Shown in pieces: positions 48,852-63,450 of a DNA stretch of 64,000 bases (positions are counted from its first letter, which is position 1; the number at the start of each line of letters is the position of its first letter). Where the stretch lies: positions 25,854,001-25,918,000 of the forward strand of contig OX597837.1 of NCBI GenBank assembly GCA_951406725.2, written 5' to 3'. This stretch comes from Octopus vulgaris. Lineage: Eukaryota. The notes under the pieces were generated by a model. That model saw nothing but the letters and a program-made list of their open reading frames with translations. It made no database searches and had not been told where the DNA came from. The translations under genes were made by a program, and so were the position numbers.

Positions 48852-50285
48852 GGTGCAGTGAAAAAACTGTTGTCTAAATTACACAAAAATGAAAATAAAA
48901 CTGACATCTTATTTTAACAGATATATTTACTAAAATTACATAAAAATATCTTGAAATACTAAAGAGTAAATTTATTCAATAAAATTGCCATTGGCTTCTA
49001 CCATGGCCTCCAGACGACTTTGGAATCCTCTGCAACTCTTCCAGACAGTCTCCTTGTTTAAGTTTGTGAATGCTGCCATAATCTTTGCCTTCAGTTCATC
49101 TTTGGTGTTACAAGGAGTTTTGTTGGTCTCTCACTCAACTGCATCCCACACATAATAACCAAGGGGGTTGCAGTCTGGGGAGTCAGGTGGCCAGATGTTA
49201 GGGGTGATATGGTCGCAGAGATTGTCTGATAGCCATGACTGGGTTCTCCTGCTTGTGTGACATGGTGCAGAGTCCTGTTAATTCTTTATTGCCCACAAGG
49301 GGCTAAACATAGAGATGGCAAACAAGGACAGACAAACAGATTAAGTCGATTACATCGACCCCAGTGTGCAACTGGTACTTATTTAATCGACCCCGAAAGG
49401 ATGAAAGGCAAAGTCGACCTCGGCGGAATTTGAACTCAGAACATAGCGGCATACAAAATACCTATTTCTTTATTACCCACTAGGGGCTAAACATAGAGAT
49501 GGCAAACAAGGACAGACAAACAGATTAAGTCGATTACATCGACCCCAGTGTGTAACTGGTACTTATTTAATCGACCCCGAAAGGATGAAAGGCAAAGTCG
49601 ACCTCGGCGGAATTTGGACTCAGAACGTAGCGGCATACGAAATACCACTAAGCATTTCGCCCAGCGGGCTAACGTTTCTGCCAGCTAGACAAAGGGTCTT
49701 CTACTAGCCACCCTCTTGGCCCAGGGCAGTACTACCTCCTCCAGACACTTGATGTAGGCCTTGTGTTGAGTCTGAGACTGTAGGAAGATGAACAGAGGTA
49801 TAAAGTCACCATCACTAGTGATCACTCCAAACACCTTGTTACTGACTGGCTGTTTGGTTTTTATGACTCTCAGTACACATCTTGGGGACACGGCAAACCA
49901 ACAGTTGTTCTGTGTGCTCACCATCTGATCCTGGAAGAAAATTTTTTGTTTTTGTCTGAGAAAAACCAAAGCATGTTCAGTTGGAGGGGATACAAGAGTT
50001 TGTTCAAAAGCTTCATAGTGTGGTCTTTCCTCTTGTCCTTGATGGCTCGGAATAAAAATTGGCCCTTTCTCATCTTGTATGAGGAATACTGAATGTCTAC
50101 ATGCACTACCTGCCTGATAAGAAACTCAGACAATCCCATGTCCCTGGCGATGGATAGTGGTCAATCGTGGCCTGGATCGCACCAACAAATTCAGGAGTTC
50201 TTTTCTTATCAGGATGATCAGAGAGAGTTTCCCGAGCTGCCATACCTTTGTAATCACCATTAGACTCATCCAACTCTTTCTGAAT
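48849..50285 (-). mobile_element. Decayed Tc1/mariner DD37D (maT-type) transposon
   Basis: WFFSD...VFGVITSDG...QDSAPCHTSRRTQSWL...WPPDSPDCNPLGYYVW...EANGNFIE*; 37 residues between the second D and the third catalytic position (here G); TA|cagggtg end at 48849; stops, frameshifts and a SINE insertion. Confidence 0.88.
49281..49686 (-). mobile_element. Dimeric SINE B inserted in the transposase
   Basis: Two copies of cccacaaggggctaaac...gaccccgaaaggatgaaaggc. Confidence 0.85.
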
Positions 50286-51621
50286 CTTCTCACAAGGCTT
50301 TGGTTTGTCCAAGACTATAGTAGAAGACACTTGCCCAAGGAGCCATACAGCAGGATTGAACCCAGAAGCCTGTGGTTGGGAAGCAAGCTTCTTAACCATA
50401 CAGCTATGCTTGCACCTATATGCTAAAATTTTGTATGATATATCTCTATTCAAAAACTTAAGAAAAAATTAGTTAATTTTCTTAAATCCCTTCAAATACT
50501 TGATTATTTCAGAAATTAATTGAAATACAGGGCTGGTATTTTTCATTAGAAATAAAAGATAAGGAAGTTCCTCTCTCACCATCCTATAGCATCACCCTGT
50601 TATTTCTCTCTGTACTAAAGATTTTTTGTCTTATCATTATAAACGTAATTTTAATTTAAATTACTATAGGCAAAATTTTTATTAAATCTATATAGGCATA
50701 GTTTTAATTAAAACACTATGTGCAAATAGATTAATCAAATTTCTTTGGCTGACCAAAGCAAAAGAGCCCACTTTACTATATGTCTTTCATGCAGCAGGCA
50801 TCTCTGAGTATTATTCTGCCAGCCTTAGTAATTTTTTGCAGTATTTAACTTTGTATCTCTATGTAGTGGATTCAAATCCACCTTTCATCTGTCTAGTGTT
50901 GATTTAAATAAAATATATCAGCTCTTTTATGTGTGTCAGGATGTAGGACAGAGCCCTTAACAACAGATTTAATGCTTATTTACAAATGTTTATGTTGTAA
51001 GTTCAAACCCTACATGGGTTCACAGATTTGTCTTGTAAGGTTATTAAGGTAAGTACTGAGGGTGTTAGTTAAATCAATCCCACTTCTCCTTCAAATTTGT
51101 AGCCATGTATCAACATCAAAAATATTAGGGCATCAGATAACATGCCTAGCAGAATTTGGTTATGATACCTTATCTTTTGAGTTCAAGTCCTGTTAAGGTC
51201 AACTTTACCTTTGATCCTTTTGGGGCCCAAATTATTAAAGTAACCATTAAGTGTTGGAGTCAATGTAACTGACTTTCCCCCACCCCTGAAAACTGCAGGC
51301 CTTTTGCCAAAATTAGAAAGGGTTACTATTTTTATAGCATTTTGCCTGGCGTGCTACTGGCGGAATTGTTAGCACATCGGACAAAATGCTATTAAGCATT
51401 TTGTCGATCTTTATGTTCTCGGTTCAAATGCTGCCAAGGCCAACTTTACCTTTTATCCTTTCAGGGTCAATAAAATAAGCACCAATCAAATACTGGGGTT
51501 GATGTAATCGAATTGCTCCCTCCACAGAAATTTCAGACTTTGTGCCAACAGTAGAAATACTTATTATTTTGTTTAGGTATTTGTTTTGTAAGATTCCCGA
51601 TGGAAACTTGTGTGTTTGGGA

Positions 51622-53547
51622 TACTCTTTTACTTGTTTCAGTCATTTTGACTGCGGCCATGCTGGAACACCACCTTTAGACGAGCAAATCGACCCCGGGA
51701 CTTATTCTTTGTAAGCCGAGTACTTATTCTATCGGTCTCTATTGCCGAACCGCTAAGTGACGGGGACGTAAACACACCAGCATTGGTTGTCAAGCAATGG
51801 TAGGGGGACAAACACAGACACACAAACATATATACACATATATACGACAGGCTTCTTTCAGTTTCCGTCTACCAAATCCACTCACAAGGCACTGGTCGGC
51901 CCGGGGCTATAGCAGAAGACACTTGCCCAAGATGCCACGCAGTGGGACTGAACCCGTAACCATGTGGTTGGTAAGCAAGCTATTTACCACACAGCTACTC
52001 CTGCGCCTATGGTCATATTTGTTTGTTTTTTTTTTCACCAAATAAACACATGCACTCTCTCTCTCTTTTACTTATTTCAGTCATTTGACTGCGACCATGC
52101 TGGAGCACCACCGCCTTTAGTCGAGCAAATCGACCCTAGCACTTATTCTTTGGAAGCCTAGTACTTGTTCTGTCGGTCTCTTTTGCCAAACCGTTAAGTT
52201 ACGGGGACGTAAACACACCAGCATCAGTTATCAAGCGATGTTGGGGGTACAAACACAGACACACACATACACACACATATATGAGGGGCTTCTTTCAGTT
52301 TCCGTCTACCAAATCCACTCATAAGGCTTTGGTTGACCCGAAACTATAGTAGAAGACACTTGCCCAAGGTGCCACACAGTGGGACTGAACCCAGAACCAT
52401 GTGGTTGGTAAGCAAGCTACTTACCACACAGCCACTCCTGCGCCTATATACTTGTCCCTCAGTTCAGCTTTATAATTGATCTTATTTTAGTGTTCTTTGG
52501 CTGAAATCTTTCATCAGACATACTGTGACCTCTTCAGTGACTCTCTAGCCTACGTGTATCTTCCTATCCTGTTTAATCCATTCTCATTGTTTATTTGGCA
52601 ACCCCTCCACCACAAAGGGACCATCCTTAACTATAACAATAAAATTAATATCACTATTATTATCATTATTATTGTCATTATATTTTAAAAAAGCACCATC
52701 TGAACGTGGCCGCTGCCAGCACCGCCACGGCTGGCTTCTGTGCCGGTGGCACGTAAAAAGCACCAATCCGGTCATAGCCGTTGCCAGTCTCGCCTGGCAC
52801 CTGTGCCAGTGGCACGTAAAAAGCATCCACTACACTCACGGAGTGGTTGGCGTTAGGAAGGGCATCCAGCCGTAGAAACACTGCCAGATCAGACTGGAGT
52901 ATGGTGCAGCCTTCTGGCTTCCCAGATCCTCGGTCGAACCGTCCAACCCATGCTAGCATGGAGAACGGACGTTAAACGATGATGATGATGATGATATTTT
53001 AAAATGGATTGACGTAACTCTTCACAAAGGTAAACAGTCAAGACGAAGAGGATGATTCGATTGTAAGATATTTTATTAGTTGAACGATATTTCAACAGTA
53101 TATCTCTCTTTCTCATTATTATTATTATTACTCTTTACTCTTTTACTTGTTTCAGTCATTTGACTGCGGTCATGCTGGAGCACTGCCTTTAGTCGAGCAA
53201 ATCGACCCCGGGACTTATTCTTTTGTAAGCCCAGTACTTATTCTATCGGTCTCTTTTGCCGAACCGCTAAGTGACGGGGACGTAAACACACCAGCATCGG
53301 TTGTCAAGCAATGCTAGGGGGACAAACACAAACACACAAACATATACACACACATATATATATATATATATATACATATATACGACAGGCTTCTTTCAGT
53401 TTCCGTCTACCAAATCCACTCACAAGGCATTGGTCAGCCCGGGGCTATAGCAAAAGACACTTGCCCAAGATGCCATGCAGTGGGACTGAACCCGGAACCA
53501 TGTGGTTGGTTAGCAAGCTACTTACCACACAGCCACTCCTGCGCCTA
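51622..53547. mobile_element. Cluster: SINE A (-) at 51622-52010, 52063-52447, 53135-53547; RTE 3'UTR (+) at 52687-52995
   Basis: Family motifs as above. Confidence 0.85.
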
Positions 53548-53859
53548 TTATTAATAATTCTTAAAATTAATTTTTTTAATGAGTTGTAGTTCTTTGTTAA
53601 CTGCTTGTTTGTCCTGTTATGCCAGGGCCATGTCATATAGCTAGAGGGCTGAACAAAGTATTTTTAAGCCTTTATTGATTTGAAATTCAAATTTTAATCA
53701 AAATTTCATTCACAATGAAACTTCTATTTTCTGAAAAAATTGTTTTTCAGTTCATTTCACCACACCCATTATTTGGTTTTATCAAATTGAAATTTCTAAA
53801 TGAAATTATTCAAGACTTGCAGTGCTGAAAGCTTTTGTCCTTCAAAAACAAATTTGAGT

Positions 53860-53948
53860 TGGGAGAGAGAGATGGAAGGGGAGAGAAGGGTAAGAGAAAG
53901 AGAGAGAGACAGGATGGTAGAGAGGGGGAGGGGAAGAGAGAAAAGAGA

Positions 53949-53998
<50 letters not shown>

Positions 53999-54352
53999 TG
54001 GAAAGAGAAAAGAGAAAGAGATGGAAAGAGGGAGAAAGAGAAAGATGGATAGATTGACAGATAGATAGAAAGACAGAGAGAGGGGGAGAGATAGATGGAG
54101 AGAGAGAGAGATGTAGAGAAAGAGAGATAGATGGAGAGAGGGAGAAAGAGAAAGATGGAAAATGATAGATAAATAGATTGACAGATAGATAGAAAGACAG
54201 AGAGAGGGGGAGAGATAGATTGAGAGAGAGATGGAGAGAGGGAGAAAGAGAAAGATGGAAAATGATAGATAAATAGATTGACAGATAGATAGAAAGACAC
54301 AGAGAGAGGGGGAGAGATAGATGGAGAGAGAGATGGAGTGAAAGAGAGAGAA
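53860..54352. repeat. Purine-rich (GA/GATA) tract with ~100-120-bp higher-order units
   Basis: gattgacagatagatagaaagaca recurs three times. Confidence 0.9.
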
Positions 54353-54769
54353 CCATCAACTTAAAAACCTATCAAATTCAATTATCTGCAGAGATAAACA
54401 AACAAAAAAAAATCATGGATTTGAAGGTAGATAAACACGCTTGCTAAAGTTGTAAACAGTTGACGGTAGTAAAGAGTTTTGTGAAGTTCAGTGATTAAAT
54501 ATAAATCTAATATCTTCGGGAAATATTCATGTCGCACTTTAGAAAACCACCAGGGACACGTTAAAGGTATGAACAGGCAGTTTCATTCCTTAGTTTTTAT
54601 CCGCAGGGGCTATTTCACTTGAAGAGTTGATCTTAGTTACAAAGTGAATCAACCTTTAATTTCGATAGATAACACATTTAGGCTTTTGGTGGAGGAAACA
54701 GCAATCGTAATAACAGCAACAACAACATATATGCATAACTACATAAGTGATATTGCAAAAATAACGGCC

Positions 54770-55016
54770 ACAATCCGTTTGTGGCTGTTGCCAGCCTCGC
54801 CTGGCACCTGTGCCGGTGGCATGTAAAAAGCACCCACTACACTCACGGAGTGGTTGGCATTAGGATGGGCATCCAGCTGTAGAAACACTGCCAGATCAGA
54901 CTGGAGCTTGGTGCAGCCTTCTGGCTTCCCATATCCCCTGGTCGAATCGTCCAACCCATGCTAGCATGGAGAACGGACGTTAAACGATGATGATGATGAT
55001 GATGATGACGATGATG
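54770..55016 (+). mobile_element. RTE 3'UTR
   Basis: Subrepeat plus (GAT)n tail. Confidence 0.85.
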
Positions 55017-55985
55017 AATGCTGACAGACAAAGGGGAATTTTACAGAAAAATGAAAAAGACAGCACAGGTGAATGTGCAGAAATCTGCTTTACCCTGCAT
55101 CAGTTGCCAATTGAAAATCATAACAATTTCAGCACCTAAGACAATACTGTTCATTACAATGGTGCCCACCACCCACCAGAGTTTACAAGAGTACAGACTT
55201 GTCTGTACCTTGGCAATTCACTACCAAAGATATATACACTCTACCAACAACCTGCAAATACTCACCACTCAAAAACATTAATACTCACTCGCCAATGAAA
55301 AGAATCTTCAGTACTAAAAACATATTTACTGCCAACCAAAACATGTACTCCCTTCTAATCAACTACTCTCTAGCAAACTCATTTAAATACTCATTACCAA
55401 AAATAAACAAAAAACAGCTGATTTCTTTTCCAACCTTCTAGAAATACACCCCTAACTCTTTTTTCCAAGACAAATAGTTTCATCTTTGTCTTCGAGGGAT
55501 TTTCCTGCTAATTTCCCTTTAATACTCCCCCCCACTACGAATTGTACTTTTACTTTCACCATCAACTGGAAAAATCCAATGTGGTTGTTTGGCTTGCTGA
55601 GGTGAGGAAATAATAAGCTTTTCACAGACAGAAAATGGCAGGATCAGGTTCAATCCTTCCCAGACATACAGATATCTACTTCATGTCTAGTCACATGCAC
55701 ACATCTACCCCATGTTCAAATTCACATGTGCTGACACACAACAAACGAGGGTTCCAGTTGATCCAATCTACAGAGCAGCCTGCTCGTTAAATTAACATGC
55801 AACTGGCCGAGTACTCCACAGACATGTGTACCCTTAACATAGTTGTCGAAGAGATTTGGCACGACACAGAATGTGACAAGGCTCGCCCTTTTGAAATACA
55901 GATACAACTCAATTATGCCAATTGAGTGAACTGGAGCAATGTAAAATTAGTGTCACACTGCAGTCCATATGAGAAACCACTAGAT

Positions 55986-56184
55986 CAGTGGTTCTCAACT
56001 GGGGTCCATATAAAATTTTGGGGGCCCTTGCAACAAACTAGTAAATTGGGGATCCACAATAGTATTTTAAGGGCTACGGAAAGACTTTTGCATTAGATGT
56101 TTGTATTGCAAGAAATAGCTAGTAAAAATAGGAATCACATAATTTAAAATTATTTAAAAAAAAAAAAAAGGCCGAGAAGCACTA
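55986..56184. mobile_element. hAT (Charlie/MER5-like) MITE
   Basis: cagtggttctcaac...gccgagaagcacta imperfect TIRs; related ends at 63601 and ~63910. Confidence 0.55.
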
Positions 56185-56324
56185 TCATTGAATATAGGTA
56201 ATGGCAACTGTCTTTCTAAGTCAGCAAAAATGAGCAAGACATAGCTGTTACCAAACTTCCAAAGTTTTCACATCTAATTCGACTGTTATATAGTTCTTCA
56301 GAAATTTATAATTTTTTTCAAAAT

Positions 56325-56465
56325 GTAGCTTGCTTCCCAACAACATGGTTCCGGGTTCAGTCCCACTGTGTGACATCTTGGACAAATACCTTCTACTATA
56401 GCCTCAGGCCGACCAAAGCCTTGTGAGTGGATTTGGTAGACGGAAACTGAAAGAAGCCCCTCATA

Positions 56466-56517
<52 letters not shown>

Positions 56518-56732
56518 TGTGTGTGTTTGTGTGTCCCTGTGTTTGTCCCCCTAGCATTGCTTGACAACCGATGCTGGTGTGTTTATGTCCCCGTTACTTA
56601 GCGGTTCGGCAAAAGTGACCGATAGAATAAGTACTGGGCTTACAAAAGAATAAGTCCCGGGGTCGAGTTGCTCGACTAAAGGTGGTGCTCCAGCATGGCC
56701 GCAGTCAAATGACTGAAACAAGTAAAAGAGAG
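56325..56732 (+). mobile_element. SINE family A
   Basis: Partial head, microsatellite and tail. Confidence 0.85.
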
Positions 56733-57057
56733 TGTCTGTGAGAAAAATGAAATAGAAAAAAAATAAAATATGTCAAGACGAATACAATGAACATTATATC
56801 ATTTTTTATATATCCTCAGCATCATTTTTGAAATTTGATGCAATCTATAATGTAAAGTATAATGCCAGCCGCATCGATGTACATAACAGCCATGGGGATG
56901 GATACAACAAATAAACAACATATGTTAATATAGTCATCGTATTCAGAGGGGGTGGGCATGGAGAGAGAAGGAGAGCTGTATCTGGTTCTATTGTTTGGTA
57001 GAGAATTTTTGGTGACTTGAAATAAGAATCAACTTTTAACTTTGCTTACTATATCAG

Positions 57058-57156
57058 GTAGCTGAGAAGAGAGAACAGATTTCTGCTGGAGGAGAACATT
57101 CCCACAGCACAGAGGGAGCCGATTCTAGTTTGGCGTTAAAGGGGACGAACGCATAG
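57058..57156 (+). CDS. Candidate stop-containing exon (VAEKREQISAGGEHSHSTEGADSSLALKGTNA*)
   Basis: ctttgcttactatatcag| acceptor followed by a locally GC-richer open frame to TAG. Confidence 0.2.
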   Translation, partial: VAEKREQISAGGEHSHSTEGADSSLALKGTNA

Positions 57157-57199
57157 ACACAGAGTATGGGAGTGTCTGTGGGGTGGGGGATGGTGAGAA

Positions 57200-57568
<369 letters not shown>

Positions 57569-57699
57569 CCAATCCAATAGGACACAGAACAAGGTTTAGA
57601 TTTCAGAAATAATTTTAAGTCAAAGAAAAATTGAAAGACAGCTCAAAACAACAACAACAACAACATCACAACTGTGACATCTGCATTATCAGTAATAAT

Positions 57700-58087
57700 A
57701 CCTATTTCTTTACTACCCACAAGGGGCTAAACACAGAGAGGACAAACAGGGACAGACAAACGGATTAAGTCGATTATATTGACCCCACTGTGTAACTGGT
57801 ACTTAATTTATCGACCCCGAAAGGATGAAAGGCAAAGTCAACCTCAGTGGAATTTGAACTCAGAACGTAGCAGCAGATGAAATACCTATTTCTTTGTTGC
57901 CCACAAGGGGCTAAATAAACACAGAGTAGACAAACAAGGACAGACAAAAGTATTAAGTCGATTATATCGACCCCAGTGCGTAACTGGTACTTATTTAATC
58001 GACCCTGAAAGGATGACAGGCAAAGTCGACCTCAGCGGAATTTGAACTCAGAACGTAACGGCAGACGAAATATGGCTACGCATTTCG
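57700..58087 (-). mobile_element. Dimeric SINE B
   Basis: Two tandem cores, as at 49281. Confidence 0.85.
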
Positions 58088-58311
58088 TAATAATACTAAT
58101 TTCAGTAATAATACCAAAGACTTTAAAGACAACCAGAAAGGTTTAAAAGTTTGAAAGTTATACTTTAATAACAATAACCAGGTAGGAATAACAATTCTGT
58201 ATTTGTAAACCTGTTCAACCCACAACAATAATGTTGATGATCGTCATAGAGCTGTTAGGTGTTCAGGATTTTTATGAAAAAACCATTCTATTTTGGTTTT
58301 CATTTTCTCAG

Positions 58312-58395
58312 AGTATCTTAGTTCTACAGAGATTAGTTCTGTAAATCTCGCTTCTTGGAGGCTCGGGTCTCCAATTTCATCTGATATCTTCTTTA
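58312..58395 (+). CDS. Candidate 84-nt exon (YLSSTEISSVNLASWRLGSPISSDIFF)
   Basis: ttttggttttcattttctcag|...CTTTA|gtaagt; length 3n; the phase 1-1 frame is the only open one. Confidence 0.35.
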
Positions 58396-58659
58396 GTAAG
58401 TGCCAACATATACAATGGCTCCTCATCTATTTCCCTCCTGAAAGGTCACACGAGACTGGTTTGATAGCTTGGCACAGCAATTATTGTTTTAATCTAGAGT
58501 TCCACTCCAATTTGATATTTCAATTGACAAACCTGGATGAGATGCGAGATGCATGGAAGAGGCGCATGAGGTGTATGACAGAAAATATTTATGAGGTTTT
58601 ACAATCATTCTCCAGGACCTTAACTAGATAACCTCATCGGATCAAATTACGAAATTAAT

Positions 58660-58667
58660 ATTATCAC

Positions 58668-58700
<33 letters not shown>

Positions 58701-59212
58701 CATCATTATTATTATTATTATCATTATTATTATCATTATTATTATCATCATTATCATTATTATTATAATTAGTATCATTATTATTATTATCATTATTATT
58801 ATCATCATTATCATTATTATTATTATCATTATTATTATCATCGTTATTATTATTATTATTATCATCATTATTATTATTATCATTATTATTATTATTAGTA
58901 GTATTATTATTATAATTATTATCATTATTATTATTATAATTATTATTATTATCATCATCATTATTATTATCATTATTATTATTATTATCATTATTATTAT
59001 TATTATTATTATTTATTAGTATTATTATTATCATTATTATTATTATTAGTATTATTATTATCATTATTATTATTATAATTATTATTATCATCATTATTAT
59101 TATTATCATCATCATTATTATTATCATCATTATTATTATTATTATTATTATCATCATTATTATTATTATTATTGTTATTATTATTATTATAATTATTATC
59201 ATTATTATTGTT
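58660..59212. repeat. (ATT/ATC)n microsatellite
   Basis: Directly visible. Confidence 0.95.
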
Positions 59213-59709
59213 ATTTATTCATTTATTTTTTATTTATATATAATTTACTTTTATATTTAGTCCGAGGAGGCCAAGGTAGTTCTTGCAAAACTTTAGACTG
59301 TGAAATCGGTTTTGATTCTCAGTTGGAACCACTTCAGTTTGCTTAAATTTGCTAATGACCTTGGCTAAGAGTATGAATGTCACACACTCCCATTTCTCTT
59401 CCCAATAACTCACAGGCGTCAGGCGTATGTCGAAACGATGCCCATCCCTTCCTGAACGTCAGGGGTTCCGCAGAGTCAGAGAATGACATCTGTTTTTCCA
59501 TGCTAGACTGAACTGAACCAGGCGCACAGTATCATTTGCCTCGAGCACTATCAAGAAGATCATGTTAATATTTGTAGTGAATCGTAGCTTGATGGTAATA
59601 GATTTAGCAAAACACTCTCTGCTCTCGATTCAATGATAAATAACAAGAAAACATATGTTAATATGATGTCTAACTGACACACAACAACACATCATGATGG
59701 TGCATCTAC

Positions 59710-60000
59710 ATATACACACACACACACACACATATATATATACATACATATATATACACACACACACATATATATATATATACACACACACACATATATA
59801 CATACATACACACAGAGACACATACTCACACTTATGTACATAGTACACATACACACACATATATATACATACATACATATATACACACATATATATATAC
59901 ACACACACACACACATATATATATATATGTGTATATATATGTATATATATGGATGTATATGTATATACATATATGTATGTGCCTATATATGTTCACACAG

Positions 60001-60031
<31 letters not shown>

Positions 60032-60352
60032 CACACACACATGCACAGATATCTATCTATATATATATACGTACACACTCACACACATATTTATCTCACA
60101 TTGCACAACACAATGTTATATTCATGATGTATGATAACGTACATAGTTATATATTTATGATATTAGATAACATAAGTACATATGTGAGTGTGCGTGTGTG
60201 TGTAAATAAAACACAATACTTTTATTTATATATATATACATATATATATAAAACTCCGCACTTATATATATGTATGTGTGTGTGTGTGTGCACGTATATA
60301 TATGCATGTGCATATGTGTGTATGTAAATATATGCGTATGCGTGTATATATA
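59710..60352. repeat. Compound (CA/TA/TG) microsatellite region
   Basis: Directly visible. Confidence 0.9.
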
Positions 60353-60639
60353 TTGGGGCTTGCCAGATTGGAGCAATCTCAAGATTAATCAGCCGAAATT
60401 GCAAGGATGATCTGGTTTTTGACTGAAGATTGAAGGCTTCGAATGTCCCGTCCGTGTTTTTTGTATCGTCTTCTAAATGTTTTGCGTTCTTGTCCCAGTT
60501 TGTATTTTTTTATACATACATATATAAACACAATACTATAATACATAGTAATACATAAGATATTATATAACAACAAGCATTATGTTATATGTATGCAATA
60601 ACGGAAAGCTATACATAGTGAGTTTATCCAGTTCTATGT

Positions 60640-60940
60640 TTACACAGAGGGCAGCAGGACTCCTTGATGGATTCCATCAGTTGTATCTTCTATGTTTCCC
60701 AGTGTCCGTTGACCACTAGTAGGCCCTCCTGAAGGGTTCTCTGTCTTGTGGCCAATGGTCTTCCCATCTTCTTCCTCTTCCTGTTGGTGTCTATCTCAAT
60801 GTTGGCATCACGTATCAATGATATCTAGTTATGATAAGACACAGCTAGTCAGTTGTGCTTCGTTCCATCAAATGTGTCTGGGAATCTTCATCATATTGTT
60901 CTTCTACGACTTTATTTCTGATATTACGATAACATGAGAT
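60640..60940 (-). pseudogene. Old RTE ORF C-terminal remnant
   Basis: TLR*TPTG/KRKKMGRPLAT.QRT...AALC, matching the RTE C-terminal W.P.GKR.RGRP..TW...AALC pattern. Confidence 0.5.
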
Positions 60941-61099
60941 GACGATATGGGACAGGGACTTATGACGATTTGCTGTAGTTCAGAAGACAAATCAGGCTAA
61001 GTAAAACCACAGCCATCCATACATACAGGCATGTCTTTTATGGCCATGCCCCCACTCTCTCTCCCAGCTGAAAGGTCTTTGTCTTGTAGGCGATAGACC

Positions 61100-62167
61100 C
61101 ATGTAAAATGCACTAGTGCAGATGCAATGTAAATTGCACTCATGCTGGTACCACATAAAATGGCTTTGTGCAGATGTCATGTCATTGCACTCATGCCAGT
61201 GCAACGTAAAATGCACTTATGCAGATGTCATGTAAATTGCACTCATGCTGGTGCAATGTAAAATGCACTTGTGCAAGTGTATGTAAATTGAACTCATGCA
61301 ACTGTCATGTAAAATGCACTTGTGCAAGTCTCATGCAAATTGCACTCATACTGGTGCCACATAAAATGCACTTGTGCAGGTGCCATGTAAATTGCACTCA
61401 TGCTAGTCATGTAAAATGCACTTATGCAAGTGCCATGTAAATTGCACTCATGCTAGTCACGTAAAATGCACTTATGCAGGTGCCATGCAAATTGCACTCA
61501 TGCCGGTGCCACATAAAATGCACTTGTGCAGGTGCCATGTAAATTGCACTCATGCCGGTGCCACATAAAATGCACTTATGCAAGTGCCATGTAAATTGCA
61601 CTCATGCTAGTCATGTAAAATGCACTTATGCAAGTGCCATGTAAATTGCACTCATGCTAGTCATGTAAAATGTACTTATGCAAGTGCCGTGTACATTTCA
61701 CTCATGCTAGTCACGTAAAATACACTTATGCAGGTGCCATGCAAATTGCACTCATGCCAGTGTCACATAAAATGCACTTGTGCAGGTGTCATGTAAACTG
61801 CACTTATGCTGGTGCCATGTAAATTGCACTTGTGCAAATTGCACTCGTGCCGCAGTCACATAAAATGCACTTGTGTGGGTGCCATATAAAGTTCACTTGT
61901 GCCGGTGGATATAAAATGCACTTGTGTCAGTGCCATGTTAAGTGCACTTGTATCAGTGTCAAGTAAATGCCCCTGTACCAGTGGCACATACAGAGCGCTC
62001 AGCACACTCTGTAAAGTGGTTGGTGTTAGGAAGGGCATCCAGCTATAGAAACCATGCCAAAACAAACAGACACTTGGAGCCTGGACAGCTACTCCAGCTG
62101 GCTGGTTCCTGTCAAACTGTCCAACCCATGCCAGCATGGAAAACGGATGTTAAACACTGATGATGAT
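61100..62167 (+). repeat. 26-bp minisatellite with alternating A/B monomers, ending in an RTE 3' tail (~61990-62167)
   Basis: catgtaaattgcactcatgc alternates with ca(c/t)(a/g)taaaatgcactt(a/g)tgca; tail cacactctgtaaagtggttgg...ggatgttaaacactgatgatgat. Confidence 0.9.
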
Positions 62168-62324
62168 ATTGATGAGCGCACATAATGTATTGTATCTTAA
62201 TAACAATATCTTCTACACATGACATTACATACGTAAAGTCGTATCAAAATATCACATTATACACAGTAAGATGTATAATGTTACATACACAGTAACATAC
62301 ACACACACACACACACACACATTC

Positions 62325-62485
62325 TTCTCTTTTACTTGTTTTAGTCATTTGACTGCGGCCATGCTGGAGCACCGCCTTTAGTCGAGCAAATCGACCCCAG
62401 GACTTATACTTTGTAAACCTAGTACTTGTTCTATCAGTGTCTTTTGCCAAACCGCTAAGTTACAGGGACAAACACAGACACACAA

Positions 62486-62520
<35 letters not shown>

Positions 62521-62695
62521 CACATATACATATATACGACGGGCTTCTTTCAGTTTCCGTCTACCAAATCCACTCACAAGGCTTTGGTAGGCCCGAGGCT
62601 TTAGTAAAAGACACTTGCCCAAGGTGCCACACAGTGGGACTGAACCCGGAACTGTGTGGTTGGTAAGCAAGCTATTTACCACACAGCCACTGCAC
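62325..62695 (-). mobile_element. SINE family A
   Basis: Family motifs. Confidence 0.85.
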
Positions 62696-63032
62696 ATTAT
62701 ATACATAGTAACACATATGACGTGACATAGATACAGTGCCCCAGGGTTGACCTGAATCTGTGGTGACTAAAACAGGTCAAAAGAACAGTATGATATGATG
62801 GTAATATATATGTATCTACATTGGAACACTATGTTGTTCACAGCATGCATTGTACAGGATATTACATAACACGCATGTTTGCTGTATAAGATAAATATTT
62901 CTTCTCTCTGTCACCATGGCGACTCGTAAAATTCTATGCTGACTGTTAGTTTTGTTGTTGTTGTTTAAACCTCAGATCAACTCTGTCTGAGCAAGCCTAT
63001 GAACCGAGACTGTTAGACAATGACTGCCCTGT

Positions 63033-63450
63033 ATCATCATCATCATCATCATCATCGTTTAGCATCCACTTTCCATGCTAGCATGGGTTGGACGATTCAA
63101 CTGGGGTCTGTGAAGCCAGAAGGCTTCATCAGGACCAGTCAGATCTGGCAGTGTTTCTACGGCTAGATGCCCTTCCTAACGCCAACCACTCCGTGAGTGT
63201 AGTGGGTGCTTTTTACGTGCCACCCGCACAGGTGCCAGACAGAGCTGGCAAACGGCCACGAACGGATGGTGCTTTATATGTGCCACCGGCACGGGGGCCA
63301 GGCGAGGCTGGCAACGGACACGAACGGATGGTGCTTTTTACGTGCCACCGGCACGAGGCCAGTCGGGGCGGCGCTGGCAACCGACACTGGTAACACATCT
63401 GCAATTTCCATTAATCGATTTCAATTCTGATCCTCACTTGCCTCAACAGG
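63033..63450 (-). mobile_element. RTE 3'UTR
   Basis: (cat)n tail plus subrepeats. Confidence 0.85.

Noticed and set aside
54607-54646. EF-hand-like GAISLEELILVTK after a good acceptor
   Set aside because: Too short, weak donor or immediate stop, and the upstream candidate exon would need a 40-nt intron.
60370-60450. Hammerhead-like ctgaaga...ttcgaa
   Set aside because: No foldable stem II and no GAAA at the required position.
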